Translations under genes and position numbers: made by a program
Source: Octopus vulgaris
Taxonomy: Eukaryota
DNA: 64,000 nt
Direction of reading: 5' to 3'
Assembly: GCA_951406725.2 (NCBI GenBank)
Contig: OX597825.1
Location: 33,604,001-33,668,000 of the forward strand
Notes under the pieces: model-generated
The model's database searches: none
Seen by the model: the letters and a program-made list of their open reading frames with translations, nothing else
Told to the model about the DNA's origin: nothing
In this document: in pieces, positions 62,413 to 64,000 of the stretch
How positions within the stretch are numbered: the first letter of the stretch is position 1
Layout: every line of letters starts with the position of its first letter

Positions 62413-64000
62413 GCAATCATTATCATCATTGTCATCTTTTGTCTTATGCAGTATGTTATAATTTCTACTGCATTTAAATTTTGTTTTTAATTTGATTTGC
62501 CACATGAATTATTGGTAATTAAGTTGTTGTTAATCTTGGATTGCTATTATTTTTTCCTGTGATAGTTGTTATATTGTTGGCTGCCCTCCTTTTGATAATC
62601 TTTGTAACAGATCTGTCTGTATTTGTGTGAGAGAGTGTACATATCTATATGTGTGTGTGTATATGTGTTTGAAGACATTGCTTAATGGGCACTGGGCTCA
62701 TAATCACAAGATCATAGTTTCAATTCCTGGACTGGGCATTGCATGTGTTCTTGAACAAAACACTTCATTTCACCTTGCTCCAGTCCACTCAACTACAAAT
62801 TGGTAACCTTGCAATGGACTGGCATTCCATTCTGGGAGAATATTGACCTACCAACTTAACCAGCTGGGTGACATTATTCAAAAGCTATAACAATGCATGG
62901 AAACACATTGTGACCAATGGTGTATAACAGCAACCAATAGCCTGGTCAATGCAATTATATATATATATATATATGCTCATACACACACACACACCTACAC
63001 ACACAGATAGATGGAATTGTTGCTAGCATTTGTATCATTGGAAGTCTTTTAGATATTTGGATTAAAATTAAAAAAAAACAAAAAACTTAGACTGGACAAT
63101 GCAAATCTCTTCAGGCTTGAGAAAACTAATTAAACTGGCTAATGTTATGGTATTTGGGGAGGATGGGAAAGGGGGAGGCTCATTATCTTTCAGATCTACT
63201 TGTCTCTTTCCTTCTTTTTCACTGAGAAATTTTTGTCATGAAGTTGGTTATGATTTCTTTTCTACTTAAAACCTGGTTCCATGTTTCATTTATGTAGTGC
63301 TGAGAGCAATAACTGAGTGTGTCTTATGGCAACATACACCTCTTTACTTTTTAAGCTTTAGTTTCATTGAAGTAAACCCTTTGTTCAGAGATTTTGTAAT
63401 AACCAGACAGAAAAAAGAAAAAGGAAAAAATAAATGAACTATTTCATAAAATCTCTGCATACAGACGGCAACTGATTAAAACTCAATATCAACTGAAAGG
63501 TGCCAAACGTGTCAAAAAATTTACAATTTATTTCTTTCGTTTTACTGTAATGCTTGCTTTCAATCATCCAGATGGTATAAAGTGTTTCTAAATTGGGTTC
63601 ATCTACATTGCACGTGTGATAAAGGACCTTTCTGACATTTGATTTCATGTCAAGAGAAATGTACTCAACATTAAAGGGTACAGTTGTACCAATAATTAAA
63701 TAAAGCAGTGATTAGTATATATCTACAGGAATTGTTTCTCTCTCTTTAGTAATGTAACTCCTTATGCTTCCATTTTTTTAAAAATTTATGTTTTTACATT
63801 ATGTTGTATCATTATTATTGACTGAAAAGTTTTTGGTGAACAAATGTGTTAATAGAGATTGTATTAAGTAGACTATTGAATGAATTAGTATAAAGTAGTG
63901 AAAGTAAGGGAAGAATTTTTGTATTTATTCTAATGTTTTATTCTATGAAATATACTGTCCATGTTCTTTTTAATTATTTTTTGAATTAAGAATTTGGAAT

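Overview
AT-rich, repeat-dense eukaryotic genomic DNA, most likely from an octopus (inferred from the SINE families, (TA)n/(CA)n density and RTE/Penelope content). The only host gene is the 3' part of sorting nexin-27 (SNX27, + strand). Nine phase-compatible GT-AG exons between 2289 and 27487 (1038 nt, 346 codons) encode the PX and FERM-like domains; the PDZ exons lie upstream of the window. Three further candidate small exons (32697-32740, 49798-49840, 52846 onward) could give alternative C-termini, possibly followed by a long 3' UTR. The introns hold several tRNA-SINE families, RTE and R4/Dong-like LINE remnants, Penelope-like remnants with decayed hammerhead-ribozyme motifs, Tc1 and DD37D (maT) transposase pseudogenes, piggyBac-like MITEs and Helitrons. 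The most unusual signal is a set of large fold-back hairpins of unrelated sequence, each sitting in (TA)n/(CA)n tracts. They may be the shortest members of a series of Penelope-like insertions with inverted ends. Almost all ORFs in the supplied track are spurious. No prokaryotic system, CRISPR array, rRNA or true tRNA is seen.
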